64,000 nt of DNA from an uncultured delta proteobacterium (GTDB lineage Bacteria > Desulfobacterota > RBG-13-43-22). Shown in pieces: positions 21,548 through 31,540 of this stretch (positions are counted from its first letter, which is position 1; every line of letters starts with the position of its first letter). The notes beneath the pieces are model-generated. The model saw only the letters and a list, made by a program, of their open reading frames with translations. It was not told the origin of the DNA and searched no databases. Both the position numbers and the translations under genes were made by a program. Location: the NCBI GenBank assembly GCA_963790475.1, contig CAWBOS010000001.1, forward strand, positions 64,001 to 128,000, written 5' to 3'.

Positions 21548-21946
21548 TCATCCTACCATCCCGATTTTCAAGGGTCGTCGTTCCGGCCGCCGCCGGAATT
21601 TTCTGAGCAGGGCGGTCTTGCCCGAGTTGTCCTGGCGATCCTTCTCATAGGCCACAAAAAAAATAAGGGTCCGCAATTTCCCCAAATCGTCTCTTGTCGG
21701 CAAATAACCGGCCTTAGCCGTATAATGGAGATCCTTACCATTCAAGGTAATGAGGTGACGGGTAATCGAGAGGGGCTCTTTAGCCTGTGTCTCCGGGATT
21801 TCCTTGACGGTTGCTTTTCCATGAAACTGGGACCTGTTTTTCTCCGGCGCCTGCGCCAACGGTTCGGGCACCGGTACCGGGAATAAGAAGGTGATAAGAA
21901 CGAGATCCTTTTTCACTATTTGGAAGGGAAGGGCAAGGTGCTTCAT
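21548..21946 (-). pseudogene. Peptidase S10 (serine carboxypeptidase) N-terminal fragment
   Basis: SITRHLITLNGKDLHYTAKAGYL...IFFVAYEK, then the similarity stops. Confidence 0.6.
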
Positions 21947-22194
21947 CTTCTTTCCATATCTTGATCGATTCTTCTCAGGCTGAACAAAAAAGGATTTCCC
22001 TTCTTATCTTATTCCACCTGGACCATAGCGCTATTTCCAGTATGGATAAATATTTTCCCATTTATAAACGTATTAATGGAATAAAGGAATGCCTTTATTT
22101 TTTAGTGAAATACATAGTATTTTTATCCCCCTTTTCCCGTCCTAACCGGATTTTGGAAGAATACCAAGTCGAAACCCCTCCAAACCGAATTCTT

Positions 22195-22486
22195 CCATGC
22201 TTTCCGGTGTTCTGAATAGTGATCGAAAAGCAGATGAAAGGGAGGCCGTACGAAGATGTTAGGTAAGGAAGTAAGGCATTTTAAAAATTTGATGGTTTGG
22301 CATAAGAGTCATCAATTATTTCTTGACGTTGTATAGTTTAAAGAAAAAAATGCGGAACTAAAATCTTCTCACTGACATCTTCATTTGTTCTTTATGTTGA
22401 GACCCCAGACCGGACAGACTAAATAGGCCGGAAAAGGTTGAAAGATAAAATCAAAAGTGAATGAATTGGGAAATGTCCCCCTTTTC
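22195..22486 (+). repeat. Composite intergenic repeat: ORF6N tail + internally deleted four-helix-bundle cassette + 9-mer array + terminal module
   Basis: Matches 42095-42233, then jumps to the sequence at ~42514 onward. It ends with gaatgaattgggaaatgtccccctttt. Confidence 0.9.
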
Positions 22487-22522
22487 ATTGATCAGAAAAC
22501 CGCCAGTCTTGCTGCATGAAGT

Positions 22523-22848
22523 TCAGGCCAGAATGGTTGCCAGCAAGACAGCCAGGATGCCGGAAAGAAAAATGCCGTCAAAGGTGCCGGCCCCTCCGAT
22601 AGAGGCCACCGGGGCCCCCAGGTCCTCGATTTTTTTCAGATTCAACAGGTCCGCTCCGATAAGGGTGCCGAGGGACCCGGAGATATAGGCCACCACCGGT
22701 GCGTTGTTGTAGGCAATGATAAGGGAGGGGGAATGCCGATTTTTTCAAAGGCCAAGACCACCAGGTTGATCTGAACCATAGCGAAAGAAAAGACCAGGAT
22801 GAAAAAAAATAGCAACATAATCAGAAGGGAGAGGGGATTGAAAAACAT
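22523..22848 (-). pseudogene. DUF1614-like membrane protein, internally deleted
   Basis: The N-terminus (..AFEKIGIPP) is joined out of frame to the C-terminus AYISGSLGTLIGADLLNL..SIGGAGTFDGIFL. Confidence 0.7.
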
Positions 22849-23299
22849 AAAAACTCCTTTCTGGAAAATCCTGCGATTCTGAACGGTTTACTTCCCGGTC
22901 CATCAGCTTTTTCCACCGCCGGCAAGTTATTCGGCTTTCCCAGTTCTATTTTTTCGCCTTCCGCCAGGTCGATTATCCACCAGGGCCTGACACAAAACGG
23001 CGATCCAGGCGAAATCGCCCCGCCCGAACCGGAAGAAGTCTTCCAGCAAGAGTTTACAATAACGGAACGGATATTCACAAGAAGATAATATTTACGGTGC
23101 TGAAAAAAGGAAAAAGAATTCTTAAGATGGGATCCCGGACCGGATTGGAAACCGATATTTCACATCCGTTATTTCCGGATGGATGCTAATTAGGGAGACC
23201 AGATAGACTAGACGGACCAGAGAGACTCAATAGACCCTTTTTTATTTTTGGTTTGGTTTATGGAGGGGGCTAGTTTGCCCCCCCCTCGGGTTGTCACTA

Positions 23300-23495
23300 A
23301 TGAATAATGTCCCATCTTCTTTTTCATCTCCTGATCGATCCGGATAGGGGCGGTAATGGGGCCGATTCTTCGGGCACCTACATTGGTTTTTCCGTTAAAG
23401 TTCTGAACCCAGGGCCACCAGGCTAAAAAATAGTAGGCAGTGGGAAGCACGATGCAGGGGGCCTGCTCAAGGGCGTTAACACCCGGCCAATACAC
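23300..23495 (-). pseudogene. ABC transporter substrate-binding protein C-terminal fragment
   Basis: LEQAPCIVLPTAYYFLAWWPWVQNF..IDQEMKKKMG resembles family-5 SBP C-termini. Confidence 0.45.
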
Positions 23496-23666
23496 TAATT
23501 AAGCTGATCAGAGGGTTTGAATGAATCCCCTCCTTAAGTCGGATACTCCGGGGTCTTTTGAAAGGAGACGTTATTTTTGATGTTCAAATTTTGATTATCC
23601 TGTAGAATTACCCGGGCTGAAGGGCTAAAAATTTAATAATCATGAACCTCAACGGGGAGCGGAGAG

Positions 23667-24670
23667 ATGAAAGCAGCGGTTTATTATGGACCAAGAGACA
23701 TCAGGGTTGAAGAAGTGGCGATACCTAAACTGGAGAAGGGGGAGGTTCTCTTGAGGATCCGCGCCTGCGGAATATGCGGTTCGGACCTTCACACTTACCG
23801 TCAGGGGATGTTTGAAGACCTTGGAACACCTGTTGAAAACGGTCGTGTCCTGGGTCACGAGTTTAGCGGAGAAGTGATTGAGATGAACGGAGATATCCCC
23901 CACATAAGGATCGGGGACAGGGTTTGCGCCGTCGGCCCGGCGGCAACGCGGAATATGCCAGAATTCCGGCCTTAATTACCCCGATTATAACCCCGATTCC
24001 GGACACGGTCAGCTTCGAGGAAGCCGCGACGGTCGAACCGCTGGCTACCTCCCTCCATGCCGTAAACTTGGCTCGTCCTGTGAGGGGTGAGACCCATGTG
24101 ATTATCGGGGCCGGCATAATCGGGCTTGGGATTTTGCAGGTGCTGAAGGCCAAGGCCGAAGTCAATACGATTGTCATCGATCTTTCGGACAGAAGGCTCA
24201 GCATGGGCCGGGAGTTGGGAGCCGACACCGTCGTAAATGCTGCCATGGAAGAGGCCCTGGAAAAAGTCAGGGCGTTGACCGGAACGGAGATGTCATCCAT
24301 TATATCCACGCCGACAGGAATGGCCGATGTGGTCTATGACTGCGCCGGCCTGACAAAAGGATACACCGGCACCTCGGCACTACAGCAGGCGATTACCATG
24401 ACCAGACAGAACGGCAAGGTGGTTGTTGTGGCGGTTTTTGAGCGGACTCCGGAGGTCGACTTTAGCTTGATGGTGCGGAAAGGACTCACCATGTTCGGGT
24501 CCTGGGCCTGGTCTCCTGACGAGTTTTTTGCGGCGCTGGAGTTGATACGCTCGGGCAAGGTGGACAGAAAAAAGATCATCAGCCATCAATTTCCATTGGA
24601 CAGGGCCGCCGAGGCCTATGAAACACAGTCGAAGGCGGATGATGCAGTCAAGGTCATGATAGTGCCTTAG
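23667..24670 (+). pseudogene. Zinc-dependent alcohol dehydrogenase (MDR family) with a single frameshift at ~23940
   Basis: GICGSD, GHEFSG and GDRV lie in one frame; GGNAEY, EPLA and GAGIIG lie in another. One missing base in ggcccggcggc would rejoin them. Confidence 0.8.
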
Positions 24671-24999
24671 GGATTACACCTGTGGAACTTCGATTTAGGG
24701 GCTCTGCTACTCTTCTCTTGATGTCCGGCTGGATAATCTTCTTTTACATAATCCCCCCTTGAGGGTCGCTCCCTTATGGAGGCCTTCAATCTCAAGGAAA
24801 AACAAGCCCCGGTATGGCAGGAAAAAGAATTTTTAAGATGGTTTTGGGGCGGAGGATAGAGCCTCTAAATTGAATTGAAGATTTTTTTATGGTAACATGG
24901 TTATTACTGCGGCAATAAAATATCTAAAATTGTAATTGTAAAAATAAGGGGAATCCATCAAAGATAACCCGGGAAAAAAATCACGGAAAGCCAATTTTT

Positions 25000-25062
25000 G
25001 TCATTCCGACAAAAGCCGGAATCCATTCCGCCTTTGGCGGGACCGGTTTTCACCGGGGTGAC
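25000..25062. repeat. GTCATTCCG..GGAATCCA REP-like palindromic element
   Basis: gtcattccgacaaaagccggaatcca...accggttttcaccggggtgac; relatives at 27825-27930 and 29827-29850. Confidence 0.65.
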
Positions 25063-25251
25063 TTTATATTACGAGATTATCAGAAATTACGTTATCCCGA
25101 GATTAAACTTCTTAGAATTTCGATCCGAACTTATTTAGAACTTTATTTGCCGGTTTAATAATAGCGTCCGAGGCAGCAAGGAATCCGGAATTTTGTGTAC
25201 ATTTAAGACCCCTGGGACAGGGGAGTTGACATTCAATGACGGGAGGTAGAA

Positions 25252-26433
25252 ATGGATTTCAGATTTACCGAAGAGGAAGAGGCCTTCAGAAGAGAGGTTC
25301 GCGAGTGGATCAAACAGGAGGTCCCCCAGCGCTGGTACGACCTCGGGCCGGGCATCTGGGAGGAAACCGAAGAATCCTGGGCGATTTCGAGGGTATTTCA
25401 GAAGAAGCTGGGGCAGAGGGGCTGGCTGGCGCCGGGGTATCCGAAACAGTATGGCGGTGCCGAGATGGCCATCGGAAAGCAGCTTGTCCTGAGCGAGGAA
25501 CTGGCCCGGGCCGATGCGCCGATAGGCGTAGAGACGGCCATCGCAGTAGGATGGGTCGGCCCGACCATCATGCTTTTTGGCAATGATGAACAGAAAGAGA
25601 AGTACGTCAAGGGGGTGGCGACCGGCGATCTCGTCTTCTGCCTCGGATACAGCGAGCCCAATGCCGGATCGGATCTGGCTGCCTTGCAGACAACGGCCAT
25701 TGGAGATGGAGACGATTACCTCGTTAACGGGCAAAAGATCTGGACGAGCTATGCTCATTATTCCGATTACTGCTGGCTGGCCGCCCGGACGGATCCGAAT
25801 GCCGCGCGCAGGTATGATGGCGTCAGCATGTTCGTCGTCGATATGAAATCTCCGGGCATCACGGTCAACCCCATCATCAACTTGCTGGAAAGGCATTCCT
25901 TCAACGAGGTCTTCTTTGATAACGTTCGCGTTCCCGGAAAGAATCTGGTGGGGGAGAAGAACAAGGGGTGGTACGAGTTGATGATCGCCCTGGACCATGA
26001 ACGTTCACCCAGTGGAGGGGCCGCGGGTTTTGCAAAAACTTTAGAAGTGTTTATCGATGTCGCCAAGAAACGGAACATCAACAAAGACTCCCATATACGC
26101 CAGAAGATTGCCCAGATCGCTGTGGAGATGGAAGTGGCCAGAGTGCTCGCCTACCGGGTCGCCTGGATGTATGGCAAGGGTCTCCATCCCAGTTACGAAG
26201 CTTCCATATCCATTATGAAAACGAGTGAAGTATTGCGAAATCAGGCCGAGGTGGGGATGGCCGTCCTCGGTCCTTATGCGCAACTGCAACGGGAGTCCAA
26301 GTGGACCGTGGAGTTGGGGAAGATCGAAAGGCTGCTGCTGAGTTGCCTGTCCATCGGCATCGGGGGCGGGACGAACGAAATCCAGCGCAATATCATCGCC
26401 CAGCGGGCACTGGGTCTGCCCCGCGGGAAGTAA
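25252..26433 (+). CDS. Acyl-CoA dehydrogenase (alpha-type subunit of a heteromeric pair)
   Basis: LGYSEPNAGSD, NGQKIWTS, FNEVFFDNV, HER, GGGTNEIQRNII. Confidence 0.93.
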   Translation: MDFRFTEEEEAFRREVREWIKQEVPQRWYDLGPGIWEETEESWAISRVFQKKLGQRGWLAPGYPKQYGGAEMAIGKQLVLSEELARADAPIGVETAIAVGWVGPTIMLFGNDEQKEKYVKGVATGDLVFCLGYSEPNAGSDLAALQTTAIGDGDDYLVNGQKIWTSYAHYSDYCWLAARTDPNAARRYDGVSMFVVDMKSPGITVNPIINLLERHSFNEVFFDNVRVPGKNLVGEKNKGWYELMIALDHERSPSGGAAGFAKTLEVFIDVAKKRNINKDSHIRQKIAQIAVEMEVARVLAYRVAWMYGKGLHPSYEASISIMKTSEVLRNQAEVGMAVLGPYAQLQRESKWTVELGKIERLLLSCLSIGIGGGTNEIQRNIIAQRALGLPRGK

Positions 26434-26476
26434 ATATAACGAATGATAGCCGTCATCATTACTTAAGGAGGAAGAG

Positions 26477-27610
26477 ATGGATCTGGGATTTACTGAGGAA
26501 CAGGAAATATTGAAAAAGTCGGCCCATAATTTCCTTGCCAGGGAATGCCCGAAGAAACTGGTGAAGGAACTGGATGAGGGTGAGACGGGTCTCTCCCTCG
26601 AACTGTGGAAGAAAATGGCGGATCTGGGATGGATGGGCTCCATCCTGCCCGAGGAATACGGCGGCAGCGGCGGTAATTATCTCGATTTGATTGTACTACT
26701 GGAGGAGATGGGGTACAACCTCCTGCCGGGTCCTTTTTTCTCGACCATGGTCCTGGGGGCCCTGCCGATTCTTAGCGCCGGCACGGAAAAGCAGAAGGAG
26801 CTCTATCTGCCCGCCATCGCCGGCGGCGAAAAGATCTTTACCATGGCCCTTACCGAGGTCAGCGGCAAATACGACGCCGCCTCGGTCGCGGTCAAGGCCA
26901 CACCCGCCGGGGATGGGTACGTCATCAACGGCCTGAAGCTTTTCGTCCCCGACGCCCACTTGGCGGACTATATCCTCTGCGTCGCCCGCACGAAAGAGGG
27001 TGCCGATCCTGAGGACGGGATCACACTATTCATCGTCGATGGCCAGGCACCGGGGATCAAAACGACCTTGCTCAAGACCCTGGCCCGGGACAAACAGACG
27101 GAAGTCGTCTTCGAACAGGTGAAAGTGGGCAAGGACAACATCCTGGGCGGGCTGGATTGCGGCTGGCCCGTTGTCAAGGAGGCTCTGGAAAAGGCGGCCG
27201 TGGCCAAGGCGGCCGAGCTTGTGGGCCATTCCCAGGCGGCGCTGGAGATGGCGGTCAACTATGCCAAGGAACGGGTCCAGTTCGGGCGACCCATCGGAAG
27301 CTTCCAGGCGATCCAGCATTACTGCGCCAACATGCTTTCCGATGTGGACAGTGCGCGTTTCATCACCTATGAGGCCGCCTGGATGATCAGCGAGGGTCTC
27401 GAGGCGACCAAACAGGCCGCCATGGCCAAGGCCTGGGTCGGGGACGCCACCCGGCGGGTGACGCTTCTGGCCCATCAGATCTTCGGCGCCATAGGCTTCA
27501 CCATGGAGTTCGATATCCACCTCTATTATCGTCGAGCCCTGGCGGGATCTCAGGCCTTCGGCGACAGCGATTACCAGCGCGAAATCGTGGCCACAGCCGT
27601 CGGCCTTTGA
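26477..27610 (+). CDS. Acyl-CoA dehydrogenase (beta-type partner subunit)
   Basis: RVQFGRPIGSFQAIQH, HQIFGAIGFT; tandem with the upstream ACAD. Confidence 0.92.
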   Translation: MDLGFTEEQEILKKSAHNFLARECPKKLVKELDEGETGLSLELWKKMADLGWMGSILPEEYGGSGGNYLDLIVLLEEMGYNLLPGPFFSTMVLGALPILSAGTEKQKELYLPAIAGGEKIFTMALTEVSGKYDAASVAVKATPAGDGYVINGLKLFVPDAHLADYILCVARTKEGADPEDGITLFIVDGQAPGIKTTLLKTLARDKQTEVVFEQVKVGKDNILGGLDCGWPVVKEALEKAAVAKAAELVGHSQAALEMAVNYAKERVQFGRPIGSFQAIQHYCANMLSDVDSARFITYEAAWMISEGLEATKQAAMAKAWVGDATRRVTLLAHQIFGAIGFTMEFDIHLYYRRALAGSQAFGDSDYQREIVATAVGL

Positions 27611-27683
27611 TAAAGCCGCCGTCCGGGAGCCACATACTCCGGTGCAGCGGGTTGTTTAGTTCAATCAATAATAATTTCTTTAG

Positions 27684-28016
27684 GTAAACCCCCGGCTCTG
27701 CCGTGGGACTCTCAGAGTTTGACAATTTCGGGGAGCAGGGATTGGACAATATTCAATAAAAGGTATCAATAAATTTTCCAATACCTGGGCAGAGATACTT
27801 ATCGAAGATGAGTCAACCTCTGGACCGTCATTCCGGTCCCGCATCAAATGCGGGATAGACTCCAGCCGGAATCCAGGAGCTTTTCCGGGCTTAAGAATAA
27901 CCTGGACCCCGGCTTTCGCCGGGGAGACGGCTTTAAGGGGTTTGGGCTTTTGTTTTTGAGCCCCTTTGAGGGGCTAATATTTTCAAGCCTCCAGCTCTGC
28001 CGGAGGTACGGTGACT
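27684..28016. mobile_element. Non-autonomous IS200/IS605-like remnant (both hairpin ends, no tnpA) containing a REP-like insert
   Basis: Left hairpin cccccggctctgccgtggg...tttgaca. Right side has gcccctttgaggggc and cctccagctctgccggagg...tgact. Confidence 0.55.
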
Positions 28017-28118
28017 ATTAAGTTGTGTTTAAACCCGCTCAAAAAAAAAGCTCTTGTCAATTTTTTTATAATCTTCCCATCAATAATCAAGTTCCGGCAA
28101 TAAAAAGGAGGAAGGAAA

Positions 28119-29789
28119 ATGGAACCTTCTGAGGCAATGAACATGATGCGGAGGTTTTGTGTGGGGGACCTGGTCAGGCGTCGGGTGCGGAAAGCACCGA
28201 AGGATGAAGCCATCGTGATGAATTATAAAGGCTCCATCACCAGACGGTTGACTTATGAGGAATTGAACAGGGAAGCGAACCGATTTGCCAACGCCATCAT
28301 GGGCCTCGGGGTGAAGAAGGGGGACCGGGTGGCGATTCTATCGCACAATTGTGCCCAGTACGTTGTCTACATGGTTGCCCTCTCCAAGATGGGGGCCTGG
28401 ATCACTCCACTGAACTTTGCCCTCAAAGGCAGAGAGATTGTTCCTTTGCTGAATCATAGTGAACCGGTGATGCTCATCGTGGAGGACGATCTCTTGGACA
28501 CCGTGCAGGAGGTGGAGGATGAGTGCGCCTTCATTGGTCATCGCGTCATGATTAAACTGGGCGGGGAAAAGGCCCAGCCCCCGGGCTGGCTCGATTTTGA
28601 TGAGCTTTGCTCCCCCGGGTACCCCGATGACGAACCCCGTGTTGAGATCAACGGCAATGACATTCTTACCCTCATGTATACAAGCGGCACTGAAGCCATG
28701 CCCAAGGGGGTCCTGAACAGCCATGCCAACTGGTACTCGACCATCATGAGCACGGCCATGGATACGGCCAGGTCCATCAGAGATTCGGCCGTCGCGGGAC
28801 AGCGTCCGGCAAGCAAAACGGTCGGTCTGGGAGCAGCCCCCCTTTTCCACGTGGCCGGTCAGGGATTGATCTTCTCTGCCTTGGCCGGCGGTGGGAAGTA
28901 TATTCTCCTGTATACACCGGATCCCCAGGTGATCATGCGGTTGTTTGAGGCCGGGGAAGTCACGAGCGGCGCCGTTGCTCCAACCGTCGTCGTCAATCTG
29001 CTCAACCTGCCCGGCGGTGAGGACCTCATTCGGCGGCTGTGGGGGAAGTTGGAATCGGCCCTCCTTTACGGAAGCCCTGCCTCGGAGGCCCTCCTGAGAA
29101 AGATAATGGATATCCTGCCGAATTGCCGGTTTTCCAACTACTACGGCCAATCGGAGCTCACACCGCTCGGATGTATGATTTTCCACGATGACCTGCTGAG
29201 GAAGACCACGGAGGCTAACGAGAGGTTTGAAGGGGCGGAGCCGATCGGGCAGCCTCATGCCATGGTTGAGATGAAGATCTTCGACGAGCATGACAACGAG
29301 GTCCCCGCGGGGATCGTGGGAGAAATCGTGGCCCGGAGCCCATCGGTCATGATGGGGTATTACAAGGATCCGGAGAGAACGGCAGAAGTCTTTCGAGGCG
29401 GATGGCTGCACACAGGAGACCTGGGCCGGATGGATGAGGAGCACTTCTTCTATTTTGTGGACCGGAAGAAGGATATCATAAAGACAGGTGCGGAGAACGT
29501 ATCCTCCGTTGAAGTGGAGCAGTGGGTGGCGAAACATCCGCAGGTGGCCGAATGCACGGCGGTGGGCCTTCGCCATGAGAGGTGGGGCGAGGCGGTTACG
29601 GTCTTCGTCGTGCCAAGTCCGGGCGCCGTAATCGAGGAAGAGGAGATTATCGCCTACTGCCGGGAGGGGCTCGCCGGCTACAAGGTGCCGAAGCGGGTGA
29701 TCATGCTGGCGGAGATCCCGAAAAATCCAAGCGGTAAGATCTTAAAGAAGGATCTGCGGACACAATACCGTAACCTCTACCTCGAATGA
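28119..29789 (+). CDS. Acyl-CoA synthetase (AMP-binding)
   Basis: YTSGTEAMPKG, YGQSE, TGD, DRKKD, SGKILK. Confidence 0.93.
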   Translation: MEPSEAMNMMRRFCVGDLVRRRVRKAPKDEAIVMNYKGSITRRLTYEELNREANRFANAIMGLGVKKGDRVAILSHNCAQYVVYMVALSKMGAWITPLNFALKGREIVPLLNHSEPVMLIVEDDLLDTVQEVEDECAFIGHRVMIKLGGEKAQPPGWLDFDELCSPGYPDDEPRVEINGNDILTLMYTSGTEAMPKGVLNSHANWYSTIMSTAMDTARSIRDSAVAGQRPASKTVGLGAAPLFHVAGQGLIFSALAGGGKYILLYTPDPQVIMRLFEAGEVTSGAVAPTVVVNLLNLPGGEDLIRRLWGKLESALLYGSPASEALLRKIMDILPNCRFSNYYGQSELTPLGCMIFHDDLLRKTTEANERFEGAEPIGQPHAMVEMKIFDEHDNEVPAGIVGEIVARSPSVMMGYYKDPERTAEVFRGGWLHTGDLGRMDEEHFFYFVDRKKDIIKTGAENVSSVEVEQWVAKHPQVAECTAVGLRHERWGEAVTVFVVPSPGAVIEEEEIIAYCREGLAGYKVPKRVIMLAEIPKNPSGKILKKDLRTQYRNLYLE

Positions 29790-29934
29790 TCCCGCTGAGG
29801 GAAGAAGGATGGTTTTGAAAAAAGTTCGTCATTCCCGCGCAGGGGGAATCAAGAAGCAGCGAACGGAATATTATTCGGACCCAAAGAGACAAAAGAAGAA
29901 AACAATAAATGAATCTGACCAAATCGACACCTGA

Positions 29935-30066
29935 AGACCAGATAGACTAAACAGACCGGAAAGGTTGAAAGATAAAATCAGAAGTGAATGAATTGGATAA
30001 CGTCTCCCTTTTCAGGGAGCTAACATCTTTTCACTGACATCTTCTTCTGTTCTTTATGGTTGGCCG
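29935..30066 (+). repeat. Composite intergenic repeat (9-mer array + terminal module + CTAACATCT module)
   Basis: Near-identical to 22407-22486 and 41344-41416, followed by ctaacatcttttcactgacatcttcttctgttctttatgg. Confidence 0.85.
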
Positions 30067-30801
30067 TTTTGATGTGAGACGATGGCGGAGGAGGACATAG
30101 GTTGCTCCGGCGCCGCCGTCGTAGGACTGGGCGCTGGTGAAGGTGATCACCCATTTTCGCCAATGACTGCGCGTTAGCCACTCACTTACCTTGTTTTTCA
30201 AAACCGGTTCACCGGGTGAAGAGATACCGCGTCCATGGATGATCAGAACAGCCCGTTTCCCCAACCTGATTGCTTCATTGAGGAAGTTTTCGAAGGAATC
30301 TTTGACCTGCGCCGCACCCAGACCATGAAGATCGAGGTGAGCTTGTATGGAAAAATCACCCCGGTGCAATCTCTCAGCAAACTCGGGGGGGATATCGCGG
30401 CCTGTTCCTTCCATGTATTCGGGCGTCTTGGAGATAATAAATCCCTTACCATATTTTACCAGGTTATCCAGGTGCTGCATGACCTCCTGTTCCGGTTCAT
30501 GGACGAGATGGTCCGGCGGGTTGGCCAAATGGTTTTTCTCTGCATGATGTTTATCCTTTACTATCGGCCTGACGCCTTCCATGGCCTCCCGAAAGATGCT
30601 TTCTTCGTTAACCGATTGGGGGGCTTCAGCAGGCTCCGGAACCGGTTTTTTTATGGGCAGCGGATGCAGAACCCCCTTATCTTTAAGAAGTTTTCCCAAG
30701 GCCCCGAAGGGGTTATATTTTAGGGGGCTACCGGAATCATTCATCGGACTGTCAGGTTTACCCGGATGCTGCAAAAGCCGAGGAGGCTGCAGATCCGCCA
30801 A
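30031..30801 (-). CDS. Smr/MutS2-domain protein
   Basis: LDLHG, LIIHGRG..S, GGAGATYVLL; the true start may be the second Met. Confidence 0.88.
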   Translation of the reverse strand: MADLQPPRLLQHPGKPDSPMNDSGSPLKYNPFGALGKLLKDKGVLHPLPIKKPVPEPAEAPQSVNEESIFREAMEGVRPIVKDKHHAEKNHLANPPDHLVHEPEQEVMQHLDNLVKYGKGFIISKTPEYMEGTGRDIPPEFAERLHRGDFSIQAHLDLHGLGAAQVKDSFENFLNEAIRLGKRAVLIIHGRGISSPGEPVLKNKVSEWLTRSHWRKWVITFTSAQSYDGGAGATYVLLRHRLTSKRPTIKNRRRCQ

Positions 30802-30979
30802 TATGGACCTGACCCCAAGGCAGACGGAAAAGGTTAGAATCCCATGGCGGTTCCCTTCATCATGACGACAAAATCAAAGGAAGTACCTATTTAGAGGGTG
30901 ATCTATACTCATTCCCTTAAAGCCAGTCTAAGGCCGGGAATGCCCTCGTCTTACTCCTGTCCTGCAATTCTATTAATAA

Positions 30980-31393
30980 CTATCTGGTCAATACAAAAGT
31001 TCCAGAATCTCCATTACTTGCGGTGTAAGTGCCCGAGATCCTGTTATTATCATAGGTCCCACTAAAGGTCGAAGATTCTCCTTGGCCAGAGATGACGCCG
31101 AAATTAAGAGTTCCGGGTCCTCCGCTGTTAGATATAGTTCCAGAGATATTACCCGTTATATTTCCCAGCTCGGTGTTTGTTATCGTAGCTGAGCCGGATA
31201 TTTGATTTCCTGATAGTTGTAAATTGGCGTTAATGGCTCCTCCTTCACCAGCAGACTTTGTACTTGTCCATTGGCCTGACCAAGTTCCGCTAACAGTAAA
31301 TGATCCCGAGCTGCCCCCACTACCACTTCCACCGCTACAAGAGAGGGAAAACAACAGGAATACCAAAGGCAATAGGAAAATCAATTTTTTCAT
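30980..31393 (-). CDS. Hypothetical beta-rich lipoprotein
   Basis: MKK + hydrophobic stretch + LSC lipobox, Gly/Ser linker, SGTWSGQW. Confidence 0.75.
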   Translation of the reverse strand: MKKLIFLLPLVFLLFSLSCSGGSGSGGSSGSFTVSGTWSGQWTSTKSAGEGGAINANLQLSGNQISGSATITNTELGNITGNISGTISNSGGPGTLNFGVISGQGESSTFSGTYDNNRISGTYTASNGDSGTFVLTR

Positions 31394-31540
31394 GACGGAC
31401 CTCCTCAGCTTTCGCAGGTTGGTTATGAATAAAAACCCCCACCTCTCAATGAGAAATGGGGTATACTTTTTCTATCAATGGAACTCCTTGGTAAAAGGGT
31501 TACCAACAAGAAACTTCATTAAATTATCAATCATTTATTT

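Noticed and set aside
28338-29576. 412-aa antisense ORF (and similar shadows at 25135-25998, 19245-20012, 52466-53260)
   Set aside because: These lie opposite well-supported genes and have no recognisable motifs; they are codon-bias shadows.
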